Source: the human T2T-CHM13v2.0 reference genome, Homo sapiens. Taken from it: a stretch of DNA of 64,000 bases. Positions within the stretch are counted from its first letter, which is position 1; each line of letters opens with the position of its first letter. Below, piece by piece: positions 1 through 13,080 of this stretch. The notes below the pieces were generated by a model. It did no database searches, was not told where the DNA came from, and saw only the letters and a list, made by a program, of their open reading frames with translations. The stretch lies in the NCBI RefSeq assembly GCF_009914755.1, contig NC_060926.1. One strand, written 5' to 3'. The position numbers were made by a program, and so were the translations under genes.

Positions 1-810
1 ACTATGGGGATACTCTTGGGACTTAAGGGAGGGTGGATAGAGAAAGTGAGATCTACCCGAGGTGTAAACTCTAAGTAGCTGCTGGGAAGAAGAGGAAGTG
101 GAGCAGAGGAACCTTCCAGCAGAAAGAACAGCATCTGCCAAGGTCTGAAGGTGAGGCAGGAGAAAGCAGCGTACACCTGGGAAACTGCAGCTTCTCTAGC
201 TCAGAGTAATTGAAGTGAAAGAGGGGAGTGGGCAGAAATGAGACTGGACACAGCTAAAAGGGCCATGCAAGGATTTTTTTTATTTATTCTAAAAGCAAGG
301 GAGGAATTCCTAAGATGTTTCAAGCTGGGAAGTGAGATGATCAGGAAATTTCACTATGGGAAGGTCACCTTGTCACACTTGCAGAAGTTGGATTGAAGTT
401 GGGCAAGACTGGAGGCAAGGAAGCCAGTAGGGAAACTGGTACGATCATCCTGGAAAAACAGCCTGGTGGCCTGTGGGATTGGAGAGATAGTAAGAGGGCA
501 AAACTGCAGGATCTGGTGGACAACTGAACATAATAGGTGAAACAGAGGAGGGGGTCATAGAGGATGTTCATCATGTCTGTCCTCATAAACCGTGTGGATA
601 GTGGTGTCAATTCCCTGACCTAGGCACTGCGGGGAAAGGAGCAGATTGGAGGGGAGGAGGAGAAGAGCTCAGCTTTTCCATCCACTCCTGGAGCTGCTCA
701 GGAGACATCGAGATGGGAATGTTTGGCAGACACTGGGATGTAGCGCTCTGGTGTCAGGTGAGGATTCTGGGCTTAGGTGAGGCACTGAGAATTTTCAGCA
801 TACCCCTGGT
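1..810 (-). mobile_element. L2 LINE fragment (ancient, degenerate)
   Basis: Ordered similarity to antisense L2 3' region (e.g. ttccagcagaaagaacagcatctgccaagg, agtgagatgatcag, agacatcgagatgggaatgtttggcagacactggg). Confidence 0.75.
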
Positions 811-813
811 AAT

Positions 814-1115
814 TGTTATGGGTTGTATTGTGTCCCCCAGAAAGATGTTGACATTCTAACCCCCAGTACCTGTGAATGTGACTTCATTTGGAAATAGAGT
901 CTTTGCAGATGACCGAGTTAAGATGAGTCTGTTAAGGTAGGCCCTAACCCAATAGGATCATGTCCTTGAGATAGAGTAAATGTGGATGCAAAGGCAAACA
1001 TGCGCACAGGGGAGAACGCCATGTGATGATGAGGGCAGAGGTTGGGGTGAGGCGTCCACAAGCCAAGGAATGGCAAAGTTGCCAGAAAACTACCGGAAGC
1101 TGGAAAAGCCCCAGA
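814..1115 (+). mobile_element. MLT1 (MLT1C/D-like) MaLR LTR, 3'-truncated
   Basis: Starts tgttatgggttgtattgtgtcccccag; contains ctaacccccagtacctgtgaatgtgac..atttggaaatagagtctttgcagatg, typical of MLT1 5' ends. Confidence 0.85.
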
Positions 1116-2096
1116 AATTAACACAGCAATGAAGCCATGAGAGGGCAGGAGGTCTTTCCAACCATTCAAACGCCCAGTGAGGGAACAGCAGCCTCTCTGG
1201 TAAGGAAGCACCATCACCCACCCTTCCAAGCAGATGCTGAGATCGCCAAACTGAAGGGAGACTGGGCCTCAAAAATTCCTTCACTTAAGCCTCCGAGTCA
1301 TCAGCCTCCTCCATCATTTCATACTTATTTTCCTTTTCACATCATAACAAAGTTCACTTTAACTTTGAAGTCAGACGCTCTAGTGCTAAAGCACCATAAA
1401 TACAGTTTCTAGAAGATTACATCCTATCTCATGCTACCTGCTGGGGCTTTTCGTCCCCTTGGGGACCTCACCCTTCTCCTGGCAGTTTTCTCATCTTCTT
1501 TTACCCCAAAACCCTGATCTTCCACCTGCTATCTCACTTCCCCCTAGCCTGCCTGCCCTCCCTCCTGCCTGCCCTGGTAATTCCCATCATATATCTCTGT
1601 GACTGATGAATAGGAAGTTAATCAGAGTGCAGTCAGCTGTACCTTCGAATCATAGACTCATTTTGAGGTATCTTAATTGAACCATCTCCCTGGGAAAGAT
1701 GAACTGTAGATAACAATCAGGAAGGCTTGTGCAAAGGGTAAAGAGATGAGCCTTCTAAAATGAATATATGTCAAAGTCAGATGACAGGAAACTTAGGTTC
1801 ACCAAAGTCATTCAATCAGCCAGTTATTCACTCAACAAATGTTTACTGTGGGTCCCAGACCAGGTTAGGAGCTGGAGGGTATATCTCCAGGAATATGGGT
1901 CTGTGGCTGTCACGCCCTCAAGCTATTTTCTCTGCCTCTACAGGAAGAAAACTGAAGGCCATTCAGGAAAGGCTGCAGCTGTAGTGGGCTTCCCTGTGAC
2001 ACCAAAGAAAGAGATGACAGGCTGAGAAAGTGGCCCCAGTGTGAAAACCCTCTCAGCACTGGCTAGCTTCACCTGCCAGAAAGAAGCAAAGGAGAT

Positions 2097-2496
2097 TGCC
2101 GCAGACACCAGTGGGTTCTTTTCAAAACTGTTTCTCTTTTTTGCCAGACAGAGCTGTCGGGTTACATTTCCCACTCTCCTTGCGGTTGCTTGTATGCATG
2201 TTCTGGCCAATGGGAATATGGGCAGGATGGATGGGTGCTCCTCCAGGTCCAACCCACAGAGCCGAGCCTCCCACACAGTCTTCCACCTCCATTTGCATGG
2301 CTGTAGGCAGGGTCACAGAGAAGACTGGGGAGGACCCCAAGGCCCTTGGAGGTGGAAGAGCCACCAGAAGGAAGTATTCTTTAGAGCAGAGCCCCCACCC
2401 TCCCAACCACTGGCAACTCCACATTGGATGTGAGATGCTAAGCCTTTGAGATTTGGGGGCTGTTATTACAATAGTTCATCTTCCCTAATTAACACA
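2097..2496 (+). mobile_element. Old MLT1 (H/I/J-like) MaLR LTR
   Basis: tacatttcccactctccttgcggtt..ttctggccaatgggaatatgggcag, with 3' end taagcctttgagatttgggggctgttattacaa..ccctaattaacaca. Confidence 0.6.
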
Positions 2497-3371
2497 GAGA
2501 ATGAAGGGTGGGCTTCAACCCTGGTCTCCACGCTCCCTGCATCTAAAACTCAGTTTCACTGGTGCCAGGTACATTCAGGCCAACCTTCCCCAAATGAGGG
2601 CACAGCTGAAGGGCATGACCCACTCAGAGAGGGCTCTGAAAAGCAGTCTCTTCCTCATTGGCAGAAGTTGTGTCCAGGTGAAGCCAAGCCCTGAGCTGCA
2701 AATTTTATTCCCAAATATTTCAAAGAGAAAATGAGCCCATTCCACCTCCCTGCTAGAGGAAAGTTAAAAGCAGGGTCTGTAGGCACTGAAGCCAAGGGAC
2801 TTCTTAGACCTCCTAGGACTCCTGCTCAGGAGTCTCTGGTCATTCAAATTCAGATAAGGACAGAGGCCAAATTAACTAAAGGTAAATTCCAGCCAGTGTC
2901 TATGCTCAGGAAGAATAATTAGCAAAGGCAATCAGGTCCTGTTAATCGTGGAAAAATCACTGGCCCCCTTCAGCAAGTGCACGTATCACCATTCTAGATG
3001 TCAGTCCCAGAGAGTGCTAATTTAGCTTGGGCCCCTGCTATGAAATGCAACCCAGCTGATATTCAAACATGCCTAAACATCGTCATTTGCTAATAGTGGC
3101 TAATGGCTTTAATCACAGAATAAAACAAATCAATAATTAACCTTAGCAAGTGAAAGTGCAACTAGGATTCAGAAATAATGAATTCGTTAATGGTTCTTGC
3201 TGCCATTAGTGCATATATGTCAAGGTAAAGATGCAGAAATGTGCCCATTTGCAAGGAGCTAATCTGTTCATAAATGATCAGATTATGACTTAAATTGGAC
3301 CTTGTCTTGAAGGAGGGTAATAGGTAACACATCCACCAAGTTATCTCTAATGTATTAAGAAAACTATAAGT

Positions 3372-3679
<308 letters not shown>

Positions 3680-4243
3680 CTATAAGCTTATACATGAAAC
3701 CATTTATTTACCACCCTTATCCCCATGATGTGTACTGGGTCTATGCCAGAAGGTGGTGGCAGAGAATGTAGAAGTGACCCCTCAGCTTAAGGAAACCAGG
3801 TGCCAGCAGATCACAGAATTACAGCAACATGGCAATGGCTCCAACAGAGGGGTGCTTTAAGGCTGAGCCATACACAGGCAGAGGCACAATGACCTGCCTG
3901 GGAAGGCCTAGAAAAGGTCATGCTTCTGACAAAGGAGGGGACAATTGAATTAGGTCTTGTAGGATGGCTAGAAGTTGCCAGAAAGACAAAGAATGAAAGA
4001 CCAAGAAAACAAAAATTAAGAAAAAGAACAAGATGTGTCCAATCCATTCAAGTATATCCATGTGGCTGCAAAGCCAGGAGCTCTTGGGCACAGGGGGTGA
4101 CAGGATGGTGAGTCAGAGTGAGCCCAGGTGCAGAGGGCCTTGGGCATTTTGCTGAGGTTCTTTGTTTTGTTTTGTTTTTGTTTTTCTAATAGACAATGAA
4201 AGCCACTGAAAGACTGACCCATGAGTAATTAGAAATAAGATAT

Positions 4244-4549
<306 letters not shown>

Positions 4550-4879
4550 AGAAATAAGATATAACAGCACTGAAAATTTTGTTTGTATGCCTTTATAGCT
4601 GGTAGAAGTAGGCCTTTCTTTGAAGAAATGTATGTTTATCTTGTTTGTCTCAAATCATAAGCAATTACCCTGGAGGCTCAAGTGATGGAATAATTTTCAG
4701 GATTTGGGAGATATGGAGCTGGACAACCTCTGATTAATGTGGAGATTTTTCACCCAAAGGCCAGCCTGTATTTGGATCATATTCAGTTTTATTTACAGGT
4801 GAATATGATTTGTTTGGCGATGTTTGTTTTTCATCTAAAATTTGAATAAGTACAAGGTTTATTTAGATGCAGTGGCAGA

Positions 4880-5400
4880 GTCTCTCTCCTGTTTATAAAG
4901 AGTGATTGGCAGATGTCTTTGGTTATCAGTGGCCAAAACCCTCTTCCTTCAGGCTAGGAGAGCCTTGATTTTGCTCCAGTGCCCATTCCTCTTCCTCCTG
5001 ACTTGAGTAAATTGTGATTGGTAAAAGCTAACATGGAGGTTGCATTCTCCTTGCTGGTGGCTGGTTTAGGCACAGTCCTGTGGCTAAATTCTGACCAATG
5101 GTATGTCAGATGAGATCTGTTGGGGCTGCAGGGTAAAGTTTCTCTTTCTGATAAAAAGGAGCACACTCTCTTGTGTTCTGTCTCAGGAATTGTTAGGAAG
5201 CTATTGTAGGGAGGACAACCTGAAGACAGCCAGTTCCTGGGAACAGAGCCTGGGTCCTCCATCGTGCAGTTGAGTCCTGAAGTCACTAACGTGGAGTGAC
5301 CCTATGTTCAGGCTTCTTCTCTGAGAGAGTAAATCCCTTCTTGTTCAAGGCAGTTGAGTCAGAGTTCTCCTATTTGGCCGAGGGCATCCTCACTATCTCA
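4880..5400 (+). mobile_element. MLT1K-like MaLR LTR
   Basis: ttctgaccaatggtatgtcagatgagatctgttggggctgcagggtaaagttt; 3' end cccttcttgttcaaggcagttgagtcagagttctcctatttggccgagggcatcct. Confidence 0.7.
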
Positions 5401-5624
5401 GGGGTTCAGCTGGGACACGCCAGTGCCACCATCTTGGTGGTTTATGCCAGCCTTCATTCTGATGGGTCAGAGCCTGTGCTGTTAAATATTTCACCACCCC
5501 TTGTCTCAGCGACCTGCAGGAGTCTCTCAGCATGTGCCGTGAGCATCTGAGTTGATTGTTTCCAGATGATCAGAAAGTCCAGATCTTTACAATCTCAAAG
5601 AGAAGAAGTAAACAATCACGGATT

Positions 5625-5870
5625 CATTTATTGTTATTTATTGTGCTACTTATTGTTCTGGGTGCTGACGAAGACACCTAAAATACGTTTTTTACCTCTA
5701 AGAACTTAGAGTTTATTAAAGTACATATGACAGTAACAATAAAATAAGGCAAAATGTGATAAATGCCAAAGAGTGACCCCACAGAAGATTCAATGTCTAG
5801 CTTTGGGTGTTTAGGAAATACTTGATAAAGGAAATTCATGGAAGAGGGCATCTAATCTGGATATAGACAA
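5625..5870 (-). mobile_element. L2 3' fragment (continues at 6420 after Alu and MIR insertions)
   Basis: attcatttattgttatttattgtgctactt..ttctgggtgctg..acctctaagaacttagagttta is the antisense L2 tail. Confidence 0.6.
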
Positions 5871-5891
5871 AAGGATTAAAAAAGATTAATA

Positions 5892-6415
<524 letters not shown>

Positions 6416-6419
6416 GTGT

Positions 6420-6950
6420 CTGATGGTAAGAGTGGCATGAATAAAAAAGGAGCCAAGTGAGGGGCTGGAGAATAGGGTTAAAAGAGAAGTACTGGGAGAC
6501 AAGGGGTAAAAAGTGGTCAGGGCCAAATCCCAGACACCTGGAATGAGAATCTGAGATTTCAATTGCATTTGGAAAATGTAAAGTGCCATTGCCAGTTTTC
6601 AGGTCTTGGAAAAGGAGGCTGACATGATCACTCTGTGCTAGAGTGATCAGTCTGATTATAGGGTTGAGAATGGATTCACCAGGGGCACCTCTGGAGGCAG
6701 GAAAGCCAGGGCCACAGCTCTAATTGGAGCAGTGGGAACGGAGACAAGGGGATGAGTTAGGGGATAATTAGGAAGTGATGCCATAGGACTTGGTGACTGT
6801 GCAATAAGAAGAGAGGGGAGACTCAGGTGAGTCTCAAGTTTGAGGTTTGGGAGGTAGTTCAAGATGACACCAATAATAAGGGCCATTTCTTGAGCTAAGA
6901 ATAGCAAGTTCAGCAGGTAAGGGGAAGAAAGTTCAGCTCGGGGGCATTGC
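6420..6950 (-). mobile_element. L2 fragment
   Basis: gggccaaatcccag..ggaaaatgtaaagtgccatt..tgacatgatc..ggacttggtgactg..gaaagttcagctcgggg in L2 antisense order. Confidence 0.7.
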
Positions 6951-7051
6951 AAAAATTTGGAGCACTAACTTGATTAGATAAGACAACCAACACAGAACTG
7001 AACAGAAGGTGATCTATGGAGCCACTGGGAAACTAACACATAAGATCAAAA

Positions 7052-7360
7052 AGCAGGAGCCCTGTGCCATTGTTACAGCCAGATACCTCCTATCACCACT
7101 ACTGATAGATCCACCATATCATCATAGCTGGTAGGTATGGTGTCATACAACTATGTGACAGACAGGTATACCATGGTGACTAACAGGCATACCTGGTCAC
7201 CATAACAGATATTCTGTGTCATCATGATGGAAAAATACTACAATGACACCTTGATAGACAGATACCTCATGTCATAGGGAGAGACAGGTACCATTCATCA
7301 TGATGACACACAAGTAAACCAATTATTATAGCAGGTACACCATGTCATAGTGACAAACAT
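7052..7360. repeat. Degenerate tandem array, ~26-bp unit, ~12 copies
   Basis: AGRTAY-like anchors at 7055, 7081, 7107, 7133, 7164, 7185, 7207, 7233, 7260, 7286, 7312, 7333; rough consensus GACAGGTACACCATGTCATCATGATA. Confidence 0.75.
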
Positions 7361-7705
7361 GACATCTTTGGCACTGTCTTTACAACCTACCATGGCATGA
7401 CCACAGCACATATTTAGTATATCATCACGGCATACCGATATGATGAGTCAGCATGATAGAGCAAACTAGCCTGTTGTATGTCAGACAAACAACATCTTAG
7501 CAAGTAAAAGATGCAGAACAGTGGTGTGACAAGTTTACAATGCCATTGTCCTAAGTGAGCTGCATCACGTCCACACTTGAGGAAAGTGATATGACTCATG
7601 TATATAGTTATAAAGCTACTGTATGGTTTTAAACAATGGTGCAGATTTGCATTTTGCTCAAACCGTCCTTGCAATAAATGCTCACACTGTGTTTGCTATA
7701 TTGAC

Positions 7706-7778
7706 AGATGGATGGAAGGATGGATGGACAGAGAGATGGAAGGAGGGATGGATGGATGGATGGTTGGTAGATGCATGA
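7706..7778. repeat. (GGAT)n/(GATG)n imperfect microsatellite
   Basis: gatggatggaaggatggatgga..gggatggatggatggatggttgg. Confidence 0.9.
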
Positions 7779-8637
7779 AAAACTAATGATTAGGACGGAA
7801 GAGCTGTGCTGGAACATTTTCCAACCTTCAGAAACTCCAAATTGGTTGCCAGGAAGAGTCACCTGGATCATGGAAGAAGGGGGGACCAACTGAAATCCCT
7901 GACCTGAATGAGACATGTTTCTCCCAGAACTCACAACTTTGCCCACAAAGTCCCTTCCATGGTTACAATTAGGCTGTTGGCTGAGGTAACCATTCTAGAC
8001 TTTTGAATTTGAGAGAAGACTTACTTGCATCTCTTCAGGATCTGAAGTGAGTCCAGTTCTTCCCACTGGAGTGAAACTCACAGATCATAATGTAAGGCTC
8101 AGCTGCCTCCCCCTTGTGCAGCCATAGTCCTTGGGTACCTCCAGGCAAAACTACTGTGTCCCCACCTCTGCTTGAGAGCCTCCTGGATTTGGTTTGTGTG
8201 TTTAAGATGATTTAATCTGCATTTGGTTTAAGTGTATTTCATTTTAAACCACTTGGAAGGCCACTGAGGAAGGACAATATAAAGGAAAACATACTTTCCA
8301 TGAAGGAAAATGTCAGTTCTCCCCTTTTACAGAACTGAATATAAAAGGTTAGAATTTACTCCACTGTAGTCCCCTTAAATAAATCAGTCCACCTGTGCAC
8401 ATTAGGCCCAGGAATAATTAAAGGACCCCGTAGGCATGGGCATTAGAGCAGCCCTGGTTCCTTGATGTCCCTCCCCTTGCCCCATCAGCCACACCCAGGT
8501 ACTGCACCCTGGCACCCAGGGTTTCCCTGGAGCTAATTGATGGACAACGTATTTGGACTCAATTTTCAGCTTTGGTTCCAAAACTCTAGCCCCTACCTGA
8601 TACCAGGAGAGGCCAATAAGATAGAAAGGAAGATCCT

Positions 8638-8800
8638 TAGAATCATAGAAAGCTCTTAGAGATTGTATTGTCAAACACCTAATAATGCTATTGAGAAACA
8701 TAAAATGCAAAAGGGAAAGGAACTTGCCTAGGGCCACACTGAGATAAAAACCAGACTTAGAACTGAAGCCTCCCAGCTCCCAGGCCAGGGCTTTGTCTAG
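8638..8800 (-). mobile_element. MIR (MIR3/MIRc-like)
   Basis: aaaggaacttgcctagggccacac..agacttagaactgaagcctcccagctcccaggccagggcttt. Confidence 0.65.
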
Positions 8801-9609
8801 CACTTCATGGCCTTACAAGTTTGGTCTTGCAAAATGGCCACACATTCCCCATGCCATATACATCTTGAGGATCCTGTATGTGTCCATTTGTGTGTTCATG
8901 TGTGTACATGCACACACAGGAAAAGGGGATGGTAAAGAGAAAAGATATGAAGACTTTCAGAGGACATTTACAGGGTATAGCACAAACATTCCTCCAGCCT
9001 GGCAATCCCCACCTAGTCAAAGAGATGAGAAAGAACTGTAAATAAAACCGCCTCTCTGGGCACAGGGACACAAAGCTGTTTCTAACAGAAACCCAAAGGA
9101 ATTCAACCCTTGGATTCCTGAATGCATATTCCTAAAAGGCCTTTCCTCCCCTCCTGCAGACATACTTCCCACCCTCACAGCAGTACTCAAAGGGTCAGGC
9201 AAGTAAGGACCAGTGGTTAGTGGCTTGGGAGATAAGGTGAAAATCTGTCATGCCCTTTTTTCCAATGTCTCTGTCCTTATTTAAAAGCTATTTTGTCAAA
9301 TTAAGAGACCCAAGATACTTGCAACTATATTGAAAATCGAAGTTACTTAGGAAGCTAGAAAATGGAAATGACCAGAACCTGGTTTGGAGAAAGGATGGAA
9401 AGGTACAATCACCAAAGCTAAGGTGGTTGCCAGTGTGGCTGGTCATCCCTGCCAGCTGTGGCTGGAAATTGAGACTTTCTAGAACCATCATTAACTCCCA
9501 GGGGCCGATGAGCGGATGACTAGGTCCTAATTGGACAGTGACTGCTGGCCACACCTCATAATCTCAGGATTATGCCTCTCTCTAGACAAGAATTCGCAGT
9601 GTACTGCAT

Positions 9610-9730
9610 GAGCCTCCTCCTTTATTAGATTGTCAATTCCTTGAGGCTAGGGATCGAGATGGATTCTTCTCTTTGTCTCCCTCAGTCCCTGCAGAAGCCT
9701 TTACCAAGGATCAAAGCTCAGGAAATGTTA
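9610..9730 (+). mobile_element. L2 3'-end fragment
   Basis: ttagattgtcaattccttgaggctaggga..ctctttgtctccctcagt..gctcaggaaatgtt. Confidence 0.6.
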
Positions 9731-12142
9731 TAGGTAGATTACCACGTCTGCTTCATTCTCAGCATGCAACATCCTCTTGCCCACGAACCCAGAGACTTTG
9801 TTTGTGACACCTTTGTGCTGCTGAGATAGAACTCTGCTGTGAGTACGTACATCTTAAATCCATGTGTGTTTAAACTCCTAAAAAGTAGACTATATTTCTT
9901 TATTACTCATCAGTGCCTACTGCAGTGCTAGGACACAGAACACCCAAGCACGAGAATGAACAAATGAAGATGAAGCTGTTGTCTCAATGGAGGCTCCATT
10001 TTACATGCCCTTCATAGAGTAGATATCCCACAAATGTTTGTCTATGGAAATGTTTGATCAGCCCCTTCTTTCAGAAAGCACAGATTGATCACTGCCATCC
10101 CTGGCTCAGAGGCACATAGACTGCCTAGGAAAATCCAGGACAGGAGGTGAAGGAAGCCAGGGAGAAGGCCCATGTCTGTAGGAGTGACAGATTTTCTGTC
10201 TAAATGCTAGGAAAGGGAAGAAGTAAATTCTAGTTGATTCCAAAGTAACATCAGGCAATTAAACTCAGGGGGACTGTTGTAAGGTCAGAAGTCAGCAAAG
10301 CCAAATTTCCAAACAAAGCTGGAATACATTTAAAGTAGTGCTTAAAAATCTCCAAAGACAAAAATAAATAGCTGAAGAATGATGTTTCAAAACTCAGATT
10401 TAACTCGGCAAGTGACAGTTCAGCAAGATGAGCTATGAGCCGGGCAGTGAGACAAGGGCATGAGCTCATCTTCCGGCCACCCACAGCCTGACCCAGCCTG
10501 CTGCAGGCCAGAGTGGTGCAAGCTCAGGCTGGCTTTTTAAAAGGTGGAGAGAAATGGATGTGACTGACCCCAGGGTCCAGAGTAAAGACTTACTTGGATA
10601 TCTAATGCAGCTGGTTCCAGATAAGACATGGTTTTGAGATGGGGGTGGTGGGGGAGGAGGCTAAAGAGGAAGGATAGAAATGCAATTTATAAAATCTTTG
10701 TATTGTGATAAAAATCCAATACAGTTTGGCTGAGTGAGGGCTTGAAATTTCATCAGTTCTATGAACCATTCCCACAGTGGAAGGGAAGGGGCTGGGTTTT
10801 ATCATGTCAAAAAGCCAGCAATAAAAGAACTGTCCTGCAGTCAAGGCACAGCCAAGCTGACATTTCAGCCCAAGATGCATTCCTTTTAAGGGCCAAGATT
10901 TTAAAGAATGTGCTTTCCAGCCTCTCCCACAAGCTCACACAGGCAAAGCCGAGGCAGAAGGAGCTGTGTGCACAGTGAGATGTGTTTTTCTCATTACCCT
11001 CAGATGCCTTCTGAGGCTTGCTCATGGACTCTTCCCTCCTGGCACCTTTCCCAGACAGAGGGGGCTTGGCTGGAGGGCTGTGGAGGGGAGCACACTTTGA
11101 AAGGAGGGTGAAGGGCGATGTTTTCAAATCTAGCTATACTGAGGACTCACTGAATTTCATCTGGTCAGGTTTACGACAAATGTGGAAGACAAGGAGAGAG
11201 GGCTGCCCTGCCTCAGACATCCACTGATCTACCCTCTGGTCTGTGAAAAGTTCAAGTCTGAACATTGCTCAAGCTGACCTGCCATGCATTCATTCATTCA
11301 CTCCTTCATTCATTTAACAAATACTTCTCAAACCCTCCTTATCCAAATACACGCAAAGGAAATAGTGTCAGCCCTGAAACAACCTCCTCTCAATCACAAA
11401 ACCACCACTTGAGATGCTGTTCTGGTCATGGGCTGCAATACTTTGCTCAACTCTGCTATGGTCTCTTTCTGGAGTGAAAGGAGGAGAATGTGCTTCTGGA
11501 AGGCTAGAGATTGAGTGTGGCTGTTACTTTAATGCTCTCAGCCAACCAAGCAAGATGTAGAAATTGAGTATGGCCTATGGGTCTGAGAATCAAAATAGAC
11601 CAGAAATAGACCCCAGTTCTGGTTAAACTGGAAATCTGTGTTTGGGATATGAGATTTCACTTTATAGACATGTTTCACAGGGATATACCAATCCAGAATA
11701 TTAATGATCGAACAGTCAAAGTCATTCCAAATCTTCCATATACAGTAGAATTTTCAGAGTAAGTGTACTGGTGAGCATTTATTGTTATTGCTCAGGTAAA
11801 GCTGAACTTTTTTCATTATAACAATAGGAATCCTTCTTGCTTTGAGTTTTATAGCAATCAGCAACTGAGAAGAAACATCTCCAGATAATTTGACAAGGAA
11901 TTTTTCTGCATTGTTACCAAAATTATATATAAAACTAAAGTCTGAGAAAGCATTGCAAGTAGCCAGAAAGTCTTAGAAGCCCCTAGTAGAAGTACTCACG
12001 AAGCACAGTGGCCAATGCCTACGCATTTTTTCAGTCTCTAAATTATTTCATAAACATCCTTTGCATTTTACAGTGCAATGAATGATGGTTGATCTCAATA
12101 TAACACTCCTTCCCATACAAAATTATATGGCTTTTGAGGTAG

Positions 12143-12254
12143 AGTTATCTCTGGCTTGGTCACAAATATTTTAAGAATCATCTTTGCCCTGTAGATTTTC
12201 TTTAACCCACCCATGTAAAGATGGTCCCTCCCTCCTTGTAGCTCCACAGCACTT
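12143..12254 (+). repeat. 112-bp direct repeat, copy 1
   Basis: Aligns ungapped to 12740-12851 with 6 mismatches (106/112). Confidence 0.97.
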
Positions 12255-12499
12255 CATATTTTTGTGTTAATTTTGGATACTGAAAGGCACAAACCATGCT
12301 TATGAGCACATGCATTCCTACACTTATGACAAATATCAATTCTCAATGAGAACTCTAAGGACAGCAGAAAACCATAGGATTAGGAAGGACATCCAATGCT
12401 TCTTGGCCTCAGAGAAGCCCCCACCCAAAACAGGTCATCAGACATGTTTCCTAAACTGTAACATGAAGAAATTAACAGGTGTGATACGTTAATAGGTGT

Positions 12500-12730
12500 T
12501 CAGATATTAACAGGTATTCTGCCATAGAAAGATTCAGTGGTCAGCTAAGTCTAGAAAATGGTAGATTACACAAGCCAAATAGGTTGGGGGTTTCTTGTTT
12601 GTTTGTTTGTACTGTTGGTCTTCAATATGCCTTTAATATGCTAATACACACTGTGCATTCCATGGAGTACACATCATTTTCTGCACCCTTCTTTGATAGG
12701 GGCTACCACTCTTCTGTGGGAAATATGTCT
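12500..12730. mobile_element. hAT-Charlie-type DNA transposon relic
   Basis: aagtctagaaaatggtaga..tttaatatgctaatacacactgtgcatt..ctgtgggaaatatg resembles Charlie-family MITEs; subfamily not resolved. Confidence 0.45.
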
Positions 12731-12739
12731 ATAGAAGAC

Positions 12740-12851
12740 AGTTATCTCTGGCTTGGTCACAAATATTTTAAGAATCATCTTGGCCCTGTAGATTTTCTTT
12801 GACCCACCCATGTAAAGACGGTCTCTCCCTCCTTGTACCTCCACAGTACTT
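12740..12851 (+). repeat. 112-bp direct repeat, copy 2
   Basis: Partner of 12143-12254, offset 597 bp. Confidence 0.97.
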
Positions 12852-13080
12852 TGAATGCAACACTCTGAATCCCAAATACTTTCTATTGTACAAATTCCTT
12901 ATATATTCATATATCCAAATTTAAATATGTGGATATACACAGATCTGTCTCCCCCATTAGACTGTGATATCCTTCAAGGTACAAATTCTGCAACATTCAT
13001 CCCAGGTGTCCTCAGTGCCTGGTACATGGTCATCATCCATTAATCCTAGTAGAATCTATGAATGAGCAAATGAATGAATG
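12820..13080 (+). mobile_element. L2 3' end
   Basis: tctgtctcccccattagactgtga..cagtgcctggtacatggt..gaatgagcaaatgaatgaatg. Confidence 0.8.

Noticed and set aside
7052-7360. CRISPR-like interpretation of the periodic array
   Set aside because: No invariant repeat alternating with unique spacers, no cas genes, and the DNA is primate; it is a diverged head-to-tail tandem repeat.
12143-12851. Miniature LTR element (TRIM-like) bounded by the 112-bp repeats
   Set aside because: No TG..CA termini, flanking TSD, primer-binding site or polypurine tract; copy 2 runs into an older L2.
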